A stretch of DNA of 64,000 nt from a virus. The stretch lies in IMG/VR virus record IMGVR_UViG_3300042691_030776. One strand, given 5' to 3'. Below, one piece after another: positions 46,631 to 57,503 of this stretch; the stretch's first letter is position 1; every line of letters starts with the position of its first letter. The notes beneath the pieces were generated by a model, which saw only the letters and a list, made by a program, of their open reading frames with translations, did no database searches and had not been told where the DNA came from. The position numbers and the translations under genes are program-made.

Positions 46631-48535
46631 TTAGGTTATTATAGCTCTGTCCGTGACTCTGCGCCAGTTTGTTCCGTCTGAAAACGCGGGCACAGCACCA
46701 CCTGATTCGTTGGTGACATATATCATCTGTCCTGCAGGACTTGCTGATGGAACTCCTGCCACAGTATAACTGGGAAATACGATCTGATCAGGGTAGAACA
46801 CACCTGCAGTGACGATGGAGCCTAGATCTGCTTCGCTGGTCACAGCATCGGCTATGCTGCCAAGATCATCTGTGGTTGTCACTACTTCACTGACTTCGCC
46901 AAAATCAGCACCATCAACAAAGATATCACTGCCTTCACCAGCGGCTGCGATGGTCAGTGTATCTGTGGTAGGATCTGCAACCAATGTGATGCCTGTACCT
47001 GCGTTAAATGTAAATGTGTCTGTGATGCTGTCTGCTGTTATTGTGTTGCCACCCGACACAGCAAATGATTTAAATGTTTCTATTCCTGAAAGATTACGTC
47101 CATTGCCCAGTATATTCCCACCAGATACATTTCCGGTAGTATAGAGATTTCCTGTGATATTTGCACCGCTGGTTGAAAACACAGCTATGTTGGGTGTACC
47201 CCCAATGGTAACTTCTAGATTGCCACCCGAAGTACCAATGTTGGCTTCAGATGTTCCGTTGAATAGTTTGGTTGTGTTATAGCCACTGGCAAATGTGATG
47301 TTGGCCAACAAGTAGTTGCCTGTGATGTTACCAGCAGTGGTTAAGTTTCCGCCAGTGATATTGCCTGTGGCTCCTAGGGTGCCTGTGATATTAGCACCTG
47401 CTGTACTGAATACAGCAACGTTAGAAACTCCTCCAATGGTAATGTTGGCATTGCCACCTGAAGTACCAATATTGGCTTCAGATGTTCCGTTGAATAACTT
47501 GGTAGTATTATAGCCACTGGCAAATGTGATGTTGGCCAACAGGTAGTTGCCTGTGATGTTGCCCGACGCTGTCAACTGTCCAGAAGTTACAAGATTACCA
47601 CCTGTGACGTTGCCGATGGCAGTGACCTGACCTGCTGTGCCTAAGTTGCCCACATCAGCATTACCGGTGGCAGTGATCGCTGAAACGTTGGCATTAGTAG
47701 CACCTAAGTTACCTATGTTGGCGTTACCTGTAACAGACAACTCTCCATTGGTTATAAGATTGCCGCCTGTGATATTGCCTGTGGCAGTAACTGTGCTGAC
47801 AGAGATACCCGGTGTTGCTCCAGATAATACTGTGGTGCCACCTGCAGGATTAGTGATAGTGACCGCCGTAGCGTTTGCTGATATTTGAGCATTGCCAAGA
47901 TAGATAGTAGAATTTGCTAGATAGATATCGCGCCAGCGACTAGATGTACTACCAAGATCGTAAGTGATATTTGCGCCTGGCAGTACATTGCCATAGAAAG
48001 TTGGACTATCTGCCACAGCAAATGTAATCGTATCGCTGGTAGCATTGCCTGTGATGACAATATTGTTGCTAGTAGAAAAAGTTACTGTTCCTGTGGCAGA
48101 GTTTGCCACTACAGAAGTACCGTTGGCTGAAATAACACCAAATGCATTGCCTGTGTTGATTTCAAAGGTTAATGCAGTAGTACCAATGGTTATAGGGTCA
48201 TTGGTTGTGAGTTTCCAGGATGTGTCAGCATAGGTAGATCCTTCAGTGACCATGACAATGGTGCCCGAAAGCAACTCGCCGGTGGCATTGGTATCTGTGG
48301 ATCTAATCCAAGTACCGTTGGCACCTGTGCCCAATACACTTACTATGTAGATACCGTTTTGACTAGCTGTGGTTTGTCCTGAAACTAGAACTCGATCATT
48401 TAAACTTAAAGTAACTCCGTCAACTACAACAGGTGCACCGCCCGACAGCGTGATATTGCTAGTGGTTATGACACGCACCGCCTGTTTATAGTCGATGTCG
48501 TATATCTGCGCGGCGCGAGGTCTAGTTAATCCCAT
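46631..48535 (-). CDS. fibre protein with GNITGGNL repeats
   Basis: N-terminal DYKQAVRV...DRVLV..QT..SQNGIY module; repeats; internal duplication at a 77-aa offset. Confidence 0.8.
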   Translation of the reverse strand: MGLTRPRAAQIYDIDYKQAVRVITTSNITLSGGAPVVVDGVTLSLNDRVLVSGQTTASQNGIYIVSVLGTGANGTWIRSTDTNATGELLSGTIVMVTEGSTYADTSWKLTTNDPITIGTTALTFEINTGNAFGVISANGTSVVANSATGTVTFSTSNNIVITGNATSDTITFAVADSPTFYGNVLPGANITYDLGSTSSRWRDIYLANSTIYLGNAQISANATAVTITNPAGGTTVLSGATPGISVSTVTATGNITGGNLITNGELSVTGNANIGNLGATNANVSAITATGNADVGNLGTAGQVTAIGNVTGGNLVTSGQLTASGNITGNYLLANITFASGYNTTKLFNGTSEANIGTSGGNANITIGGVSNVAVFSTAGANITGTLGATGNITGGNLTTAGNITGNYLLANITFASGYNTTKLFNGTSEANIGTSGGNLEVTIGGTPNIAVFSTSGANITGNLYTTGNVSGGNILGNGRNLSGIETFKSFAVSGGNTITADSITDTFTFNAGTGITLVADPTTDTLTIAAAGEGSDIFVDGADFGEVSEVVTTTDDLGSIADAVTSEADLGSIVTAGVFYPDQIVFPSYTVAGVPSASPAGQMIYVTNESGGAVPAFSDGTNWRRVTDRAIIT

Positions 48536-48565
48536 TTTTTACCTTAGTCTACCCAATATTTATGG

Positions 48566-48597
48566 AAAAAAATAGGGCCACGATGAGCCCTATTTTT
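48566..48597 (-). terminator. rho-independent terminator
   Basis: aaaaatagggc...gccctattttt hairpin; late box directly downstream. Confidence 0.7.
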
Positions 48598-48613
48598 GAT
48601 GCAGAAGCACCGA

Positions 48614-51600
48614 TTAAACTCGTCCTACAACGACCTCAATCACTCCGTCTTGACCATCAAAGTCTGCTAGAGCTTTGCCAATGATAGTACCAGCTCGCGC
48701 ATTGTTGTTGGCACAGGCACGCCCGTCTCCGGCGCTGACCATCAAATCGCCTTTGCGTATACGACCTGTGACTTTGGTTGGTACCCGACCTTGCAAGGCC
48801 ACAGCAGCCACGTGTGCTCCAGTCTGTCCTGAGTTCATCAAATAACTAGGATTGGTAGATACTACACCTGCCACGCTGGTACAATCTGCTATATTACAGA
48901 TTGACACTTCTTTGGCGCCACCAAAACACAGCACTGTGCCTGGTTCATATGCGGCATCAGATTCGTACATCTCTGCCAAGTCAGCGTACTGTGCTGATGT
49001 GGCCTTGGCAAATATTGTATTGAAGTAACTGCTTGATGTACCAATGTTACCAACACCGTTGGCCTGACCATTGTTGATACCACCTGACCAGAATGTAGCG
49101 ATAGTGGCACCACCCACGTTGGCACGGATGTTACCACCCGACGAGATAACTGCCATGCTTGAAGTGCCGCTGGCTATCTGTGTGGAGTCAATGTTTTGGT
49201 TAGAAATTGTAGCTGGTGTAGTTCCATCTGCGCGATAGAACACCACTGTGTTGGAGCCAGCATCTGCAATCTGGATATTGGCAACTTGCAGTCTAGTAAC
49301 CGCACTGGTACCTACGACTACTAGACCTGTACCATTAGGTCTAAGTTCAATGTTACCGTTGGTGTTGGTGGCTTCAATATGGTTGAAACCAATCTGCAAG
49401 TTACCTGATGTGGTGCTTGTTGTATAGAATGTGCCAGTGATACCAGCATCGGCTGTGTCGTCAAAGTTTCTTACTTGTAAGTTTCCACCGCCAGCTTTGA
49501 GGATAACACCTCCCATGTAGATTGAGTTACCTGACAGATACAGTTCATTCCATTGGCTTGTTGGACTACCTAAGTCATATATTACGTTGCCTGCTGGTAA
49601 AACATTACCTGTGATTTGTACATAGTTGGTGGAATCAGATACCTCAACCACCGCTGAACCGTTGGCGTTGGTGATACCTTTGACCGATACTGTGGTAACA
49701 ATCTCACGAACTTCAATCAAGTCGCCCACAGCAGGAGCTTCTGTGAATGTCAGTGTTGTGCCAGCTACAGCGTAGGCTGTCACAGGAACTTGTAAGATAC
49801 CGTTGATAGAAACCAAACAGCTGACAGTGGTGTAACCTGAGTTGATGGTAAAGTTAACTGTGGTTCCGTCACCGTTGAATGTTTGGCTTTGAACCACTGT
49901 AAAGATAGTACCTGTGGACACCCACTGTGTACCATCATAGAACTCCAAGCTGGATGTTGTGGTGTTGAAACGCACCATACCGGCAACACCTGTGCCAGGA
50001 CGCTGTGCTGTGTTACCCACAGGAGCCAAAATAGAGTTAGTGTAGTTAAACGCTACACCGGCGCCCACAGTCTGTGTGGACGAACCAAAACTTGTTGTGC
50101 CTGTGCCCGCATCAATATAGATTAGGTTGGCTGTGGTATCACCGTCTACAGCAAAGTCAACGTCAGCATCGCTGGCGTTAACTGTGATCCTACCACTGCG
50201 ACTGTCAATGTTTGTGACGTACAAGTTGCCATTAACGATGTCAAACCCTTCTGTGCTGGCCACTGTACGCACATTAGCGTAACCTGTGTTACCAACAAAG
50301 GTCAGTACGTTGCCATTGGTAGAACCTAATATAAGATTACCAACACCCGAACTGCCAGGACCTGTTTCGTCGCTGGCTACAACATACAAGTAACCAGTGT
50401 TATTAGTTGCTACATCAGCAAAAAACTGATCATGAGTACCTGTGTGGTTGCTACCGGTGATACCCATGTCAATAAAGTATGTAGAGTCATCACCGTTGTC
50501 AGCAGTGGCAATGTAGTCTGTAGATGCGGCATTGCCTGTATTGATGTTTTCAAAGTTTACCTGGCTGTATGAGTTAGCGTTACCAGCAAACTGTATCACA
50601 ACGTTGGAAGCCAAGGGAGTGAATCCAGGAATACCGCCAAATATTGCGGCATTGCCTGTCACGGAGTTACCGTAGAAGATACCAGAGTTGGCGTAAACCA
50701 CACCAATCGTGGCATTCAAGTTGCCCAGCACATCTACGTTGCCAGTGAAGTAACCTGTGGCAGCTGCCACACGCGAAACAATGTTTAAGTTACCACCGTT
50801 GATATTACCGGTGGCATCAATTTGGCCGCCGGTGATAATATTACCACCAGTGATGTTGCCTGTGGCCAAGGCTGTTTGTAAGTAGGCATTGCCTGCTTGT
50901 AGTGTTCCGTAAGAGTTTACTGTAATAACATCGTTGGCTATGGATACATCATTGGAAACGATCATATTTCCAGTTGAATTATCCCAGCCCATGAAAGCGT
51001 TGCCTGGACCAGTGGTGTAATAGGTCATCAATGTACCACGGTCTTTACCATCGTTGCTGACCAAAGCGTTGCCGTTGGCACCGCCACCCAACTGGATGAC
51101 TGGATCTTCAACACGTAAATCGTCAATGTTGATGTAGGTCAAGTTACCTTGAACTGTCAAGTTACCTGCAATTAACGCATCGCCTGTGACACTGAGATTT
51201 GATCCTTGGATCAAACTGTTTGATATTAGGTTACCACCAGTGATATTGCCTGTGGCCGATACTGTGGTTCCAACACTGACAAAACCGGTGGCTGTGACGT
51301 TTGCTACATCAATATCACCCGAAACATCTATGTTACCAAACACACCACCATTGGCTATGACATTTCCGCCAGTGATGTTGCCGGTGGCTGTGATCTGCCC
51401 TGTGGTACCCAAGTTACCTACGTTGGCATTACCTGTTACTGATAAAGTAGTAGCGGCCGAAATAGCGGCATTGGATATCAAGTTACCACCACTGATGTTA
51501 CCAGTGGCGTTGATCAAACCTGCGGTGCTGATATTGCCTAATGTAGCGTTGCCTGTGACATCCAAAGTAGTTGCGGCACTGATGGCAGCATTGGATATCA

Positions 51601-52138
51601 AGTTACCACCACTGATATTACCGGTGGCGTTGATCTGTCCTGATGCGGAAATATTAGCGAGCGTGATGTTGCCAATGAGATTGGTTGTACCATTGACTGT
51701 TAAGTTTCCACCAATGTTGGCATTGTTGGTGTGGAAGTCAGCATAGCTGGCGATAGTTACAGTGGTGTTGGTTGTTGTGTCGTTGGTAAAAACTGTGACA
51801 AACTCGCCTGCTGATTCATCCCACACAAAAGCGATGTTTTGGCTAGTGCCTCGCTCGCCAATAAAACCAATGTCTAATGAAGGAGCGCCGGTTTGATTGG
51901 CTGCTAGATATAGTACAGGATCTTCAATGACAACACTGACTGTGTCGATGGTTGTTGTTTGACCGTTGACTGTAAGGTTGCCCGTGACAGTGAGATCAGA
52001 CCCGTAAACCAGGCTGTTGGCAATCTTGCCTGCTGTGATTGAGTAGTCTTGCAGTTTGACTGCCGCATTGATACCTAAGTATATGTTACCGGCCGATGCA
52101 TCAGTAACTTGGTTATTTTTAATCCGTGTGATTGGCAT
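48614..52138 (-). CDS. long fibre protein with GNITGGNL repeats and peptidase-G2-like C-terminus
   Basis: Repeats, PVGNTAQRP module, NGDGTT...FTEAP module, AQYADLAEMY C-terminal domain. Confidence 0.82.
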   Translation of the reverse strand: MPITRIKNNQVTDASAGNIYLGINAAVKLQDYSITAGKIANSLVYGSDLTVTGNLTVNGQTTTIDTVSVVIEDPVLYLAANQTGAPSLDIGFIGERGTSQNIAFVWDESAGEFVTVFTNDTTTNTTVTIASYADFHTNNANIGGNLTVNGTTNLIGNITLANISASGQINATGNISGGNLISNAAISAATTLDVTGNATLGNISTAGLINATGNISGGNLISNAAISAATTLSVTGNANVGNLGTTGQITATGNITGGNVIANGGVFGNIDVSGDIDVANVTATGFVSVGTTVSATGNITGGNLISNSLIQGSNLSVTGDALIAGNLTVQGNLTYINIDDLRVEDPVIQLGGGANGNALVSNDGKDRGTLMTYYTTGPGNAFMGWDNSTGNMIVSNDVSIANDVITVNSYGTLQAGNAYLQTALATGNITGGNIITGGQIDATGNINGGNLNIVSRVAAATGYFTGNVDVLGNLNATIGVVYANSGIFYGNSVTGNAAIFGGIPGFTPLASNVVIQFAGNANSYSQVNFENINTGNAASTDYIATADNGDDSTYFIDMGITGSNHTGTHDQFFADVATNNTGYLYVVASDETGPGSSGVGNLILGSTNGNVLTFVGNTGYANVRTVASTEGFDIVNGNLYVTNIDSRSGRITVNASDADVDFAVDGDTTANLIYIDAGTGTTSFGSSTQTVGAGVAFNYTNSILAPVGNTAQRPGTGVAGMVRFNTTTSSLEFYDGTQWVSTGTIFTVVQSQTFNGDGTTVNFTINSGYTTVSCLVSINGILQVPVTAYAVAGTTLTFTEAPAVGDLIEVREIVTTVSVKGITNANGSAVVEVSDSTNYVQITGNVLPAGNVIYDLGSPTSQWNELYLSGNSIYMGGVILKAGGGNLQVRNFDDTADAGITGTFYTTSTTSGNLQIGFNHIEATNTNGNIELRPNGTGLVVVGTSAVTRLQVANIQIADAGSNTVVFYRADGTTPATISNQNIDSTQIASGTSSMAVISSGGNIRANVGGATIATFWSGGINNGQANGVGNIGTSSSYFNTIFAKATSAQYADLAEMYESDAAYEPGTVLCFGGAKEVSICNIADCTSVAGVVSTNPSYLMNSGQTGAHVAAVALQGRVPTKVTGRIRKGDLMVSAGDGRACANNNARAGTIIGKALADFDGQDGVIEVVVGRV

Positions 52139-52206
52139 AAATCATGTCGCTCCGCTCTATGATTATATTTAGCGGCAGTTTAAAAAATGGTTTCGTGTGC
52201 AGTTTT

Positions 52207-55200
52207 TTACCAAGCACCCACTACAACCATGATTTTATGGCGTCCTGCAGGGGCCGATTCTAGGGCCTTGCCCACGATAACTCCTGGTTTCCAATCAGCA
52301 TTGTCCAGAAGTTCTGCATGTCCTGGCTGTGCGCTTGTGGTCAGTACATCGCCTTTGTTTACAGGGCCAACTACCCAGCAAGGTACTCGACCTGCCATGG
52401 CAATGGGTACAGCGTTGGGCTGGCTTGAGTTCATAGTGAACGCAGGATCTGTGGAAACTATACCAGCCAGTCGTTGATCAGCGTATTCAACTGAACTAGT
52501 CACTTCCTTGTTTCCGCCAAATATCATCACAGTACCGGTGTCATAGTTTTGATCTGATTCAAAATATTCAGCCAGGTCAGCGTACTGCGCCGACGTTGCT
52601 TTGGCAAATATGGTATTGAAATATGTGCTGGAGTTACCAATGTTGCCCACACCATTGGCTTGCCCATTGAGTATGTCAGCTTTGACCGTGACTGACCCAT
52701 TGGCCACTACTACAACGTTAGCGTTACCACCTGCGCTGAATGTGACCGCTCCTGAACTCAGGGTCTGGACATTGGATGTACCATTTGATATTTGAGTAGT
52801 ATCAACGTTGGTTGAGCTCAAGGTACCTGGTGTTGTACCATCGGGCCCAAAAAACGCCAGAGTATTACCTGATGTATTTTTCAACACAATGTTACCCAGT
52901 GTTATAGAGTTACCACTGAAGTATCCATCTTTCCATCGCAGAGTTGAACTGCCCAAGTCATAGGTAACATTGGCTGTGGGCAACAAGTTGCCTGTGATAT
53001 TGACCTGAGATGCTGTGGCAGAAACACCAACTATGGAGTTACCCGAAGTGTTGGTTATTTCTGTCACTGTTTGGACTTGTGTCAAGAAACGCACTTCAAC
53101 AGCATCAGATACCTGTGGTGCTTCTGTAAAGGTAATGACGTTTCCTGATACACCATAGGACACATCTGGTATTTGGCTAACACCGTTGATGCTGACCAAG
53201 ATACCACTGGATGTGGTGATTTCATCCAGATTAAACGCCACTGTGGTTCCGTCACCGTTGATCAACTGACTGGTCAATATAGCAAGATCTTGACCCACGA
53301 CGTCCCACTGTGTGCCATCCCATACTTCTAACACAAGATTGGTGCTGTTGAATCGCACAGCACCTTGATCAGGTGAAGCAGGTCTCTGTGCTGTGTTGCC
53401 CACAGGCATGGTCAATGCTGTGGTAGAACTGATTTGTGTAACTCCAGTTGTTCCTGGAGTTAACAGTAGATTTCCTGAACTGGCCGTGATTGATAAGTTA
53501 GCATTGCTGACAATAGTCGTACCATCAATGGTGACATTGTCAATGTTGGCGCGGCCCAACAGCACAAGATTGGCTCCATCAAAGATAAAGTTGGCCGAGG
53601 TTTCTATTTCTTTAGCGGGTGTCAAGTATAGAACAGAGTTTGCCAACTCGTCTGGCAGCACAATGTTGGCTGCGGGATCAAGTACTATGTTTCCAACAGT
53701 GGAGTATATGGTATTATCTGATATAGAAATATTATCTATAACAACATTGCCTGTACCATTGGGAGTGATTGCTATGTTACCATTCACACTTGATGTGATT
53801 GATATGTTAGCATTGGAAGTGACCGTTGTGCCATCGATGGTAAAGTTATCAACAATCAACTGTCCTTGCAAGTTGGCGTTGGAACCATTGAAAGTAAAGT
53901 TGGCTGAATCTACTAGATAGTCATCTGTGCCTACATACACCACTCGATTTGGTGTGAGCGAAGAAATCTGTACATTGGCACCAGTAATCAAAGCGTTGGA
54001 AACAATATTACCACCAGTGATATTGCCCGTGGCTGATATAGTTGTGGCAGCCGATATGCTTGCATTTGAAACTAAGTTACCACCTGTGATATTGCCTGTG
54101 GCAAAGATTGCACTGCTGGCAGATATATTAGCGTTGGATACTAAGTTACCACCTGTGATGTTGCCTGTGGCACTCACAGTGGTTGTTACACTGACAAATC
54201 CGTTGGATACTAGATTACCACCAGTGATGGTATTGTTGGCAAATATTGCCGAGGCCGCTGATATATTGGCATTGCTTACTAAGTTACCGCCAACTACATT
54301 ACCAGTGGCAAATATAAATGATGCCGCTGATATATTGGCATTGCTTACTAAGTTACCGCCCGTGATGTTGCCAGTGGCACTGATCTGACCTGGCGTTGAT
54401 ATGTTACCAAAACTAACATTGCCAACTATGACGGCTGATTCGGCATAGATGTTACCAGCTTCCAAAGTACCAAACGAGTTGACTGTTATGATATCGTTAG
54501 ATATAGACACGTCATTGGCAATGATCATGTTGCCAGATGGATTATCCCAGCCCACAAATGCATTACCTGGACCAGTGGTATAGTAGGTCAATAGTGTACC
54601 GCGATCTTTGCCATCATTGGTCACTAGAGCATTGCCATTGGCTCCACCACCCAACTGGATGATAGGATCTTCTACTCGTAAATCATCAATGTTGATGTAA
54701 GTTAGATTGCCTTGTACAGTAAGATTTCCTGCGACCAAAGCATCACCGTAGATGTCAAGCGTGTTTCCAACTATTCTTGCGTTGGATATGATGTTACCAC
54801 CAACAATGTTAGCAGTGGCAAATATAAACGATGCCGCTGATATATTGGCATTGCTTACTAAGTTGCCTCCGGTAATGTTACCAGTGGCCAATACAGTAGT
54901 GGCTGCTGATATTGAGGCATTGCTTACTAAGTGGCCACCAGTGATATTACCCGTAGCTGATATAGTAGTAGCGGCACTGACAGAGGCATTGCTTACTAAG
55001 TTACCACCGGTAATATTGCCTGTAGCATCTATAGTAGTTGCCGCAGACACAGCGGCATTGCTCACTAGATTACCACCGGTAATATTGCCAGTAGCTGATA
55101 CTGTGGTTCCAACGCTGACAAAACCGTTGGATATAACGTTACCCCCAGTGATGGTTCCGTTGGCAAATATTGTCGTATTTGCGGACACAGAGGCATTGCT

Positions 55201-57054
55201 TACTAAGTTACCGCCTGTGATATTGCCTGTAGCATCTATAGTAGTTGTGGCTGACACTGCCGCATTAGATACAATGTTACCGCCAGTGATATTTCCTGTG
55301 GCTGAAATAGTTGTGCCGGCTGATATCAAAGCATTTGATATTAGATTACCGCCAGTGATAGTTCCCAGAGCAGATATAGTATTGCTGATGTTGACAATGT
55401 TGCCAAGGAAGTAATCGGTGACCGTGAGATTAGCTACAGTAAGGTTGCCAGTGATCTGCACGTTACCTATGACTGCACCCGACGATATTAGGTTACCAGC
55501 TATGACATTGCCCACGGCCAATATATTGCCCGTCGAACTGATGTTGGCAGCATCTACATTACCAGTGACTAGCACACTCTGTCCGTAGAGATTTCCAATC
55601 TGCCAAGTACCAAACTGATTGACTGTGACTATCTCGTTAGCGATGGATACATCTACCGCAGCCAACAGATTACCAGCAGAATTGTCATAACCTATAAATG
55701 CAGACTTTTCTATTGAGGAGAAATACCAGAGTTGTTCACCGCGGTCTTTGCCATCGTTGGATGTGAGTGGTGTATTGTTGGCTCCACGACCCATGGATAT
55801 GATTGGATCTTCTACATACAATGTAGTGACATTGTTGTAAACAAGATCACCATTGACCGTGAGATTACCATCGACTATGGCGTTACCGCTGACTTGAAGT
55901 TCTTTGGTTATGTTAACATTATTAGCATTGACATTGGCATTGGCTGTGAGATTGTTGCCAGTGATGTTTCCTAGTGCATTTACTATTCCAATGCTATAGA
56001 GATTTCCTACAACAGTGTTGGCTGTGACTGTGATCGTGTCAGTTTGGATTGATCCACCGTTTCCATATCCTACCTGTAGGATACCTGTGGCTTGATCATA
56101 TGTTAAGTTAGCGGATGCTCCAAAATCACTGTTGAAGTTATATTGTATCTGAGTATTGGCGCCAGCTGGTTGTTGGAAGTCAACTGGAGCACCGTTGGCA
56201 TAGTAATAACCATCTGTGAGTATGTTGCCTACTGCGGCATTGCCTGTGATGTCCAGTGTGGATCCATAGATACCACTGTTAGAAATCAAGTTACCACCGG
56301 TGATATTTCCAGTGGCTGATATTTGACCAGAGGTAGCTATGTTACCACCAAATATGTTTCCAATGATGGTAGAAATATTGCCAGTGGCAACAACGGCAGC
56401 GTTGGATACTAAGTTACCGCCTGTGATATTGCCTGTGGCGTCAATGGTAGTAGCGGCACTGACAGCGGCATTGCTCACTAGATTACCACCAGTGATGTTA
56501 CCTGTTGCGTTGATCAGTCCTGACGTGGCTATGTTGCCACCAAATATGTTTCCAACCGTAGTAGAGATATTGCCTGTGGCTGTTATGGCAGCATTTGATA
56601 TTAGGTTGGCACCAGTGATGTTACTGGTTGCAGATATTATATTTCCTAACAAATAGTCAGTGACTGTGAGATTAGCCACTGTCAAGTTGCCACTGATGCT
56701 GACGTTTCCAATAACAGCACCATCTGATATGATGTTGCCGCCTTCAATATTACCTATGGCTTGTATATTACCTGAGGTAAAGACATTGATGCCATCATAA
56801 GTGAAGTTTGCACTGGTCAGTGCTAGTTGGGTAGATCCAGCATAAAATATGCCGTTGGCCGTGGCTGAAGTGATGCGTACATTTGAAGCATTGGCCACAC
56901 CTATGACATTGAACTCATCTCCAGGAGTGGAGGTAAGAATGCCCACGCGATTGTTGGTCACGTCAAAATAGGCTAGATTACCTTGAATGCTTAGATTAGC
57001 GCCACGTTGCAGGTTGTCCTGCAGAATGTTGCCGGAAACTCTTTGAATCGCCAT
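52207..57054 (-). CDS. very long fibre protein with 23-aa repeats and peptidase-G2-like C-terminus
   Basis: Many ATGNITGGNLVSNAxxSAxxxIx units; modules shared with 48614-52138; AQYADLAEYF. Confidence 0.85.
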   Translation of the reverse strand: MAIQRVSGNILQDNLQRGANLSIQGNLAYFDVTNNRVGILTSTPGDEFNVIGVANASNVRITSATANGIFYAGSTQLALTSANFTYDGINVFTSGNIQAIGNIEGGNIISDGAVIGNVSISGNLTVANLTVTDYLLGNIISATSNITGANLISNAAITATGNISTTVGNIFGGNIATSGLINATGNITGGNLVSNAAVSAATTIDATGNITGGNLVSNAAVVATGNISTIIGNIFGGNIATSGQISATGNITGGNLISNSGIYGSTLDITGNAAVGNILTDGYYYANGAPVDFQQPAGANTQIQYNFNSDFGASANLTYDQATGILQVGYGNGGSIQTDTITVTANTVVGNLYSIGIVNALGNITGNNLTANANVNANNVNITKELQVSGNAIVDGNLTVNGDLVYNNVTTLYVEDPIISMGRGANNTPLTSNDGKDRGEQLWYFSSIEKSAFIGYDNSAGNLLAAVDVSIANEIVTVNQFGTWQIGNLYGQSVLVTGNVDAANISSTGNILAVGNVIAGNLISSGAVIGNVQITGNLTVANLTVTDYFLGNIVNISNTISALGTITGGNLISNALISAGTTISATGNITGGNIVSNAAVSATTTIDATGNITGGNLVSNASVSANTTIFANGTITGGNVISNGFVSVGTTVSATGNITGGNLVSNAAVSAATTIDATGNITGGNLVSNASVSAATTISATGNITGGHLVSNASISAATTVLATGNITGGNLVSNANISAASFIFATANIVGGNIISNARIVGNTLDIYGDALVAGNLTVQGNLTYINIDDLRVEDPIIQLGGGANGNALVTNDGKDRGTLLTYYTTGPGNAFVGWDNPSGNMIIANDVSISNDIITVNSFGTLEAGNIYAESAVIVGNVSFGNISTPGQISATGNITGGNLVSNANISAASFIFATGNVVGGNLVSNANISAASAIFANNTITGGNLVSNGFVSVTTTVSATGNITGGNLVSNANISASSAIFATGNITGGNLVSNASISAATTISATGNITGGNIVSNALITGANVQISSLTPNRVVYVGTDDYLVDSANFTFNGSNANLQGQLIVDNFTIDGTTVTSNANISITSSVNGNIAITPNGTGNVVIDNISISDNTIYSTVGNIVLDPAANIVLPDELANSVLYLTPAKEIETSANFIFDGANLVLLGRANIDNVTIDGTTIVSNANLSITASSGNLLLTPGTTGVTQISSTTALTMPVGNTAQRPASPDQGAVRFNSTNLVLEVWDGTQWDVVGQDLAILTSQLINGDGTTVAFNLDEITTSSGILVSINGVSQIPDVSYGVSGNVITFTEAPQVSDAVEVRFLTQVQTVTEITNTSGNSIVGVSATASQVNITGNLLPTANVTYDLGSSTLRWKDGYFSGNSITLGNIVLKNTSGNTLAFFGPDGTTPGTLSSTNVDTTQISNGTSNVQTLSSGAVTFSAGGNANVVVVANGSVTVKADILNGQANGVGNIGNSSTYFNTIFAKATSAQYADLAEYFESDQNYDTGTVMIFGGNKEVTSSVEYADQRLAGIVSTDPAFTMNSSQPNAVPIAMAGRVPCWVVGPVNKGDVLTTSAQPGHAELLDNADWKPGVIVGKALESAPAGRHKIMVVVGAW
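54750..55410 (-). repeat. tandem 69-bp (23-aa) coding repeat array
   Basis: Consecutive ATGNITGGNLVSNAAVSAATTID-type units; further arrays at about 53980-54390 and 56270-56650. Confidence 0.85.
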
Positions 57055-57080
57055 TGATCACCCTTTTTAGTATTTATGGG

Positions 57081-57503
57081 CTAGGGCTGAGTGGGTGCGA
57101 CGAGGTTTCTAATAACGTTGATTGGTTCACCATCGGGCGGAGCTGATCCAAATGTGACGTCAAATCCCGACCCTGTGATAGTGTAGTTTGTTGTAGGTGC
57201 TTGATAAATCGAGCCCACAAACACTATGACTTGATTGTCTGCTGTGATTGCTGTGGTATTGCCCAGGCTGAATGTCAGAGTTGATCCGTCGCCTGTGGCA
57301 GAATACACATCAACATTGAGTTCGCCACCAAGACCCACTTGCTTAAAGGTACTGCCATTGAAAAATTCTAAGGTGCCTATGTCTGTGTTGTATCGAAAAC
57401 TGCCAAAAACAGGTGCTTCGGGACGATCTGCTGAGTCGCCCACTGGAACTACAATGCTGGAACTGCCGCTTTGTAGTCTGCGGTTTTTGACAAAGTATCC
57501 CAT
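57081..57503 (-). CDS. small fibre-associated structural protein
   Basis: PVGDSADRP...FRYNTD and GDGSTLTF...YQAP...FGSAPP modules, also present in the long fibres. Confidence 0.75.
   Translation of the reverse strand: MGYFVKNRRLQSGSSSIVVPVGDSADRPEAPVFGSFRYNTDIGTLEFFNGSTFKQVGLGGELNVDVYSATGDGSTLTFSLGNTTAITADNQVIVFVGSIYQAPTTNYTITGSGFDVTFGSAPPDGEPINVIRNLVAPTQP

Noticed and set aside
53980-56650. Regularly spaced repeats resembling a CRISPR array
   Set aside because: They are degenerate in-frame 69-bp coding repeats varying at third positions; no unique spacers or cas genes.
51186-56656. Long plus-strand ORFs with LPPVILPVA repeats
   Set aside because: Antisense shadows of the repetitive fibre genes; no start signals.
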